Positions 59,655-64,000 of a stretch of DNA of 64,000 bases are shown piece by piece (positions within the stretch are counted from its first letter, which is position 1; each line of letters starts with the position of its first letter). The DNA lies in assembly GCA_963727775.1 (NCBI GenBank), contig CAVSHB010000002.1:352001-416000 (forward strand), written 5' to 3'. Origin of the DNA: an uncultured Nitrospiraceae bacterium (GTDB taxonomy: Bacteria > Nitrospirota > Thermodesulfovibrionia > Thermodesulfovibrionales > SM23-35). The position numbers were made by a program, and so were the translations under genes. The notes under the pieces are model-generated. The model was not told the origin of the DNA and ran no database searches. It was given only the letters and a program-made list of their open reading frames with translations.

Positions 59655-61610
59655 ATGAAATTATATCTTTTAATACCGTTTCTGCCGCTCACAGCATTTA
59701 TAATTAATATTCTGCTCGGCAAAGAGGTCTTGAGAGAAAAAGCTCACTGGCCGTCCATCCTTGCGGTGGTAGGTTCATGGCTGGTGACGATATTTTCCGT
59801 CCTACCGCAGGTCATGGCGGGAAAGATCATCAACGAAGACCTCTACTCGTGGATAGCCTCAGGCACTTTCAATGTCGCCGTGGGATTTCTTATCGATCCG
59901 CTCACAGCGGTAATGCTGGTGGTTGTCACTACGTGCGCATCATTAATACATATATATGCCGTCGGCTATATGCACGGAGATACCGGCTATTACAGGTTCT
60001 TTGCGTATATGAGCCTCTTTACCTTCTGCATGCTGATGCTCGTCATGGGAAACAACTTCCTCCAGCTCTATTTCGGATGGGAGGGTGTGGGCTTATGCTC
60101 TTATTTCCTTATAGGCTATTATTTTAATAAGAAGTCAGCCGCTGACGCGGGTAAAAAGGCCTTTATCGTAAACAGGTTCGGGGACTTCGGATTCGGGCTT
60201 GGTGTATTTATGATATTCCTTACCTTTGGGACCCTGCATTATACGGATGTATTCGGCAGCGTAGCAGGCATTGTCGGCAAGACGGTAAATTTCCTGGGAT
60301 GGAACGTCGACCTTCCGACCCTTATAGCACTCCTTCTTTTCTGCGGCGCCGTCGGAAAGTCCGCGCAGCTTCCGCTGCATGTATGGCTTCCCGATGCTAT
60401 GGAAGGGCCCACGCCTGTCAGCGCCTTAATCCATGCGGCAACGATGGTCACAGCTGGTGTATTTCTCGTTGCCAGGTGCAACCCTATATTCAACCTGTCC
60501 GCAGTTGCAATGAATACGGTCGCTATTGTCGGCGCGCTTACCATGTTCTTTGCCGCGTCGATTGCCATTACGCAGAATGACATCAAGAGGATTATCGCTT
60601 ACTCTACATGCAGTCATTTAGGTTATATGTTCGTCGCATGCGGTGTGGGCGCCTATTCTGCGGGCATTTTCCATCTTTATACACACGCATTCTTTAAGGC
60701 CCTGCTCTTCCTTGCGGCGGGTAGTGTTATTCATTCCGTTCATACGAACAATATCCAGGAGATGGGCGGCTTAAAAAAATATATGCCGATAACCTATGCG
60801 GTATTTGTAATCGCAGGCCTGAGCGCTGGAGGATTTCCGGGCTTGTCGGGGTTCTTCAGTAAGGACGAGATTATATGGTCCGCATATGCTTCAGGTTCTT
60901 CTGTAGGCAAATTCGTCTGGGTGCTCGCTCTCGCGGGCGCGTTTTTCACGCCTCTATATACATTCAGACTTATATTCGTAACATTTCATGGGAAAAATCG
61001 CGGCGTGCATCACGAAGAGCACGGTCACGATGCTCATGGATCGCATGGAGAACACCACATTCATGAGTCTCCAAAAGTCATGACGGTCCCGTTAATGCTC
61101 CTTGGGGTCGGCGCGGTTGCCGCGGGTTGGTTCGGGATCCCGCCGATACTTGGCGGCGGCTCGCATTTCGCCGAGTTTCTCAAGCCGGTGTTGGGAGAGC
61201 CTGAGTTCCACGCGTCACACGCGGAAGAATGGGGTGTAATGGCATTATCAACGGCCATCGCGCTTTCTGGACTCGGTGTTGCAGCGTTCCTCTATCTGAG
61301 GAAAACCGATCTCCCGGAAAGGATAGTGAAAACCTTCAGTGGATTGCACAAGATCCTTTACAACAAATATTATGTCGACGAGTTTTACAGTTACACAATC
61401 ATAAAGCCGACAATGTGGATAGCCAAAAATATTCTTGTTGCGATTACCGACGGAAAGATGATAGAGGGAGTTGTTAACGGTTTACCAAGCGCAATCGGCA
61501 GGTTCAGCGGAAAATTGCGGAGAGTTCAGACAGGCCTGACGCATCACTACGGGATCATAATGGCAGCCGGCGCATTCTTTATAATTGCTCTGGCATTATT
61601 ACTTAGATAG
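59655..61610 (+). CDS. nuoL: Complex I subunit L
   Basis: GWEGVG, NR.GD, GKSAQ.PLH.WLPDAMEGPTPVSALIHAATMV, HAFFKA. Confidence 0.97.
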   Translation: MKLYLLIPFLPLTAFIINILLGKEVLREKAHWPSILAVVGSWLVTIFSVLPQVMAGKIINEDLYSWIASGTFNVAVGFLIDPLTAVMLVVVTTCASLIHIYAVGYMHGDTGYYRFFAYMSLFTFCMLMLVMGNNFLQLYFGWEGVGLCSYFLIGYYFNKKSAADAGKKAFIVNRFGDFGFGLGVFMIFLTFGTLHYTDVFGSVAGIVGKTVNFLGWNVDLPTLIALLLFCGAVGKSAQLPLHVWLPDAMEGPTPVSALIHAATMVTAGVFLVARCNPIFNLSAVAMNTVAIVGALTMFFAASIAITQNDIKRIIAYSTCSHLGYMFVACGVGAYSAGIFHLYTHAFFKALLFLAAGSVIHSVHTNNIQEMGGLKKYMPITYAVFVIAGLSAGGFPGLSGFFSKDEIIWSAYASGSSVGKFVWVLALAGAFFTPLYTFRLIFVTFHGKNRGVHHEEHGHDAHGSHGEHHIHESPKVMTVPLMLLGVGAVAAGWFGIPPILGGGSHFAEFLKPVLGEPEFHASHAEEWGVMALSTAIALSGLGVAAFLYLRKTDLPERIVKTFSGLHKILYNKYYVDEFYSYTIIKPTMWIAKNILVAITDGKMIEGVVNGLPSAIGRFSGKLRRVQTGLTHHYGIIMAAGAFFIIALALLLR

Positions 61611-61617
61611 GAGAAAA

Positions 61618-63156
61618 ATGGAACAGGTAATCATGAATCAATTAAGCTTCCCAATCCTGAGCACGGTTATATTCCTACCTGTTTTAGGCGCATTGCTCAT
61701 TCTTTTAAACAGAAGATCATGGGAATTGCTTACGAAATGGATTGCCTTAACAACGAGCGTTGCGACATTTCTGCTGTCAGTCCCGCTCTTCACCGATTTT
61801 GACAAGACTACGTATAGGATGCAGTTTGCCGAAAAATTCAGCTGGATTTCGAACTGGAACATTTATTATTTCCTGGGCGTTGACGGTATAAGCGTTTTGT
61901 TTATTCTTTTGTCCACATTGACCGCCATCCTTTGCGTCCTCATATCGTGGAATTCAATAAAGATGAAGGTAAAAGAGTTTTATATCGCGATACTTTTAAC
62001 TACTTCGTTTATGATAGGCGTATTCTGCTCACTCGACTTTTTCCTTTTCTATATTTTCTGGGAGGCCATGCTTATCCCCATGTTCCTCATCATCGGCGTA
62101 TGGGGAGGTCCGAACAGGGTCTATGCGGCAATAAAGTTCTTCCTGTATACCCTGGTCGGCAGCGTGCTCATGCTTGTCGGCATAATCGTGCTTTATCTTT
62201 ACGCCGGGAAGACATTCAATATCCTTGACTTAATGACTAAGACATATCCTTATACGATGCAGCTGTGGCTTTTCTGGGCATTCTTCGCGGCATTTGCCGT
62301 AAAAGTCCCGATGTGGCCCGTGCACACATGGTTGCCTGATGCCCATACGGAAGCCCCTACAGCGGGCAGTGTGATTCTGGCGGCCGTGCTTATTAAGATG
62401 GGGGCGTATGGTTTTCTCAGGTTTGCTCTGCCCTTATGCCCTGAGGCCTCAAAAGCGATGACCCCTGTTATGCTGACACTTTCAGTGATCGGGATAATCT
62501 ATGGCGCTGTAATATGTCTTGCGCAGACAGATCTGAAGAGGCTGATTGCATACAGCTCAGTGAGCCATATGGGTTTTGTGACACTGGGGATATTTGCCCT
62601 GAACATCCAGGGACTCGAAGGCGGGATACTGCAAATGCTGAACCACGGCGTCGTTACCGGAGCGCTCTTCTTGTCCGTCGGGATAGTTTACGACAGAACA
62701 CATACAAGGAAGATCGCTGATTACGGCGGCCTCGCATCGGTCATGCCTATTTATGCCGCGTTCTTTATGGTATTTACCCTTGCGGCGATCGGGTTGCCCG
62801 CAACGAACGGTTTCATCGGTGAATTCCTTATCCTTCTCGGAGGGTTTGCGGCCAGTAAATGGGCGGGAGTGCTCGCATGCACCGGAATAATCATCGGCGC
62901 CGGATACATGCTCTGGCTTTATCAGAGGATATTCTTTATGGAGACGAACCAGAAGATCATCGGTCTGACCGACATGGATATAAGAGAAACGATAACACTC
63001 ATCCCTATGCTTATCCTTGTTTTCTGGATAGGCATTTATCCGAATTCATTCCTCGGTTTCATGCACGCGTCTGTTCAGCATCTCCTGGAAAGAGTTAATT
63101 CGGGCGGAGTACAGGAAGCGAACGCCGCTAAAGCCTTTATGGAGGTTGTCAGATGA
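61618..63156 (+). CDS. nuoM: Complex I subunit M
   Basis: GVDGIS, FWE, K.P.WP.HTWLPDAH.EAP, AYSSVSHMG, F.GEF. Confidence 0.96.
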   Translation: MEQVIMNQLSFPILSTVIFLPVLGALLILLNRRSWELLTKWIALTTSVATFLLSVPLFTDFDKTTYRMQFAEKFSWISNWNIYYFLGVDGISVLFILLSTLTAILCVLISWNSIKMKVKEFYIAILLTTSFMIGVFCSLDFFLFYIFWEAMLIPMFLIIGVWGGPNRVYAAIKFFLYTLVGSVLMLVGIIVLYLYAGKTFNILDLMTKTYPYTMQLWLFWAFFAAFAVKVPMWPVHTWLPDAHTEAPTAGSVILAAVLIKMGAYGFLRFALPLCPEASKAMTPVMLTLSVIGIIYGAVICLAQTDLKRLIAYSSVSHMGFVTLGIFALNIQGLEGGILQMLNHGVVTGALFLSVGIVYDRTHTRKIADYGGLASVMPIYAAFFMVFTLAAIGLPATNGFIGEFLILLGGFAASKWAGVLACTGIIIGAGYMLWLYQRIFFMETNQKIIGLTDMDIRETITLIPMLILVFWIGIYPNSFLGFMHASVQHLLERVNSGGVQEANAAKAFMEVVR

Positions 63157-64000
63157 ATTTCCGGCTTCCCGATATCAGCCTTATGATGCCTGAACTTACA
63201 ATGATTGCCCTGGCATTGGTAGTCCTGCTCATTGACCTTTTAATAAAGAAGAAGGAGGTAATAGCATTAATAAGCATGGCGGGAGCAGCCCTTGCATCGT
63301 TGACTCTCTTCGGATCACCGGGAACAACCTTCGGGACCATGTATATTTCGGACGGCTACAGCACATTCTTCAAGCTGATATTCCTTATTAATGTAATACT
63401 GACTGTTTTAATTTCCATTAAGTATATCAATATCGAAAAAGTCAATTACGGAGAATATTACAGTCTCATTCTTTTTTCCACAATCGGCATGATGATAATG
63501 GCGTCCGCGGGTGACCTTATTGTGTTGTATTTAGGGCTTGAGCTTATGGCACTCAGCACCTATGTTCTTGCGGGATTCATCAGGCAGAATATTAAATCGA
63601 ATGAGGCGGCCCTGAAATATTTCCTTCTCGGCGCTTTTTCTTCAGCGTTCCTTTTATACGGCATATCATTAATCTACGGCTTAACAGGCACAACAGATAT
63701 AAAGGCGATAGCATCTTTTATTACGGAAAAAGGTCTTGCCGGCAACTTCTCGCTCCTGCTCTCCGTCATATTTTTTACGGTTGCCTTCGGGTTCAAGATC
63801 GCTGCCGCGCCATTCCACATGTGGACGCCGGACGTATATGAGGGCGCACCTACATCAATAACGGCTTTCATGTCAGTAGGGCCGAAGGCCGCTGGGTTTG
63901 CAGTGCTTGGCCGTGTTTTCATGGTTGCATTCGCATCGGTTAAGCTCGAATGGGCAGCAATACTTATCCCAATTTCAATACTCACAATGGCCATCGGCAA
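63153..64000 (+). CDS. nuoN: Complex I subunit N, 3'-truncated by window edge
   Basis: Reads MNFRLPDISLMMPEL..., GEYY, LGLE, EAALKYF, FK..AAPFHMWTPDVYEGAP; absent from the ORF track because it has no stop in the window. Confidence 0.95.
   Translation, partial: MNFRLPDISLMMPELTMIALALVVLLIDLLIKKKEVIALISMAGAALASLTLFGSPGTTFGTMYISDGYSTFFKLIFLINVILTVLISIKYINIEKVNYGEYYSLILFSTIGMMIMASAGDLIVLYLGLELMALSTYVLAGFIRQNIKSNEAALKYFLLGAFSSAFLLYGISLIYGLTGTTDIKAIASFITEKGLAGNFSLLLSVIFFTVAFGFKIAAAPFHMWTPDVYEGAPTSITAFMSVGPKAAGFAVLGRVFMVAFASVKLEWAAILIPISILTMAIG

Noticed and set aside
61008..61065. His-rich loop in NuoL as a novel metal site
   Set aside because: His-rich loops at this position are common in NuoL

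Overview
A bacterial chromosome segment whose gene content suggests an anaerobic Nitrospirota (Thermodesulfovibrionia-like) organism; the taxonomy is inferred. In order: rpoN-hpf-rapZ; tRNA-Ser, a lipoprotein gene, tRNA-Arg and truB; then a ~25.6 kb co-directional envelope cluster. That cluster holds pilMNOPQ, a 2024-aa surface protein with ten Ig-like (ASH/choice-of-anchor D) repeats and a CFI-box C-terminal signal, gspC-N, and a lipoprotein S8 protease. After it come aroC, a BrnTA toxin-antitoxin pair, an IS110 split by an intact IS1380 (TTAA duplication), aspS, rluB, a DEAD-box helicase, norCB, tRNA-Val, dinJ-yafQ, cspA, a stand-alone infC, PEPCK, tRNA-Ser, tadA, nfnAB and a complex I operon lacking nuoEFG. 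Two observations stand out. (1) The secretin GspD ends in a subtilase propeptide-like domain that aligns without gaps to the propeptide of the S8 protease closing the same operon. (2) NuoD carries an inserted 2x[4Fe-4S] ferredoxin domain, in an operon with no NADH-input module that is transcribed divergently from nfnAB. All calls come from motif recognition by eye; no database search was run.
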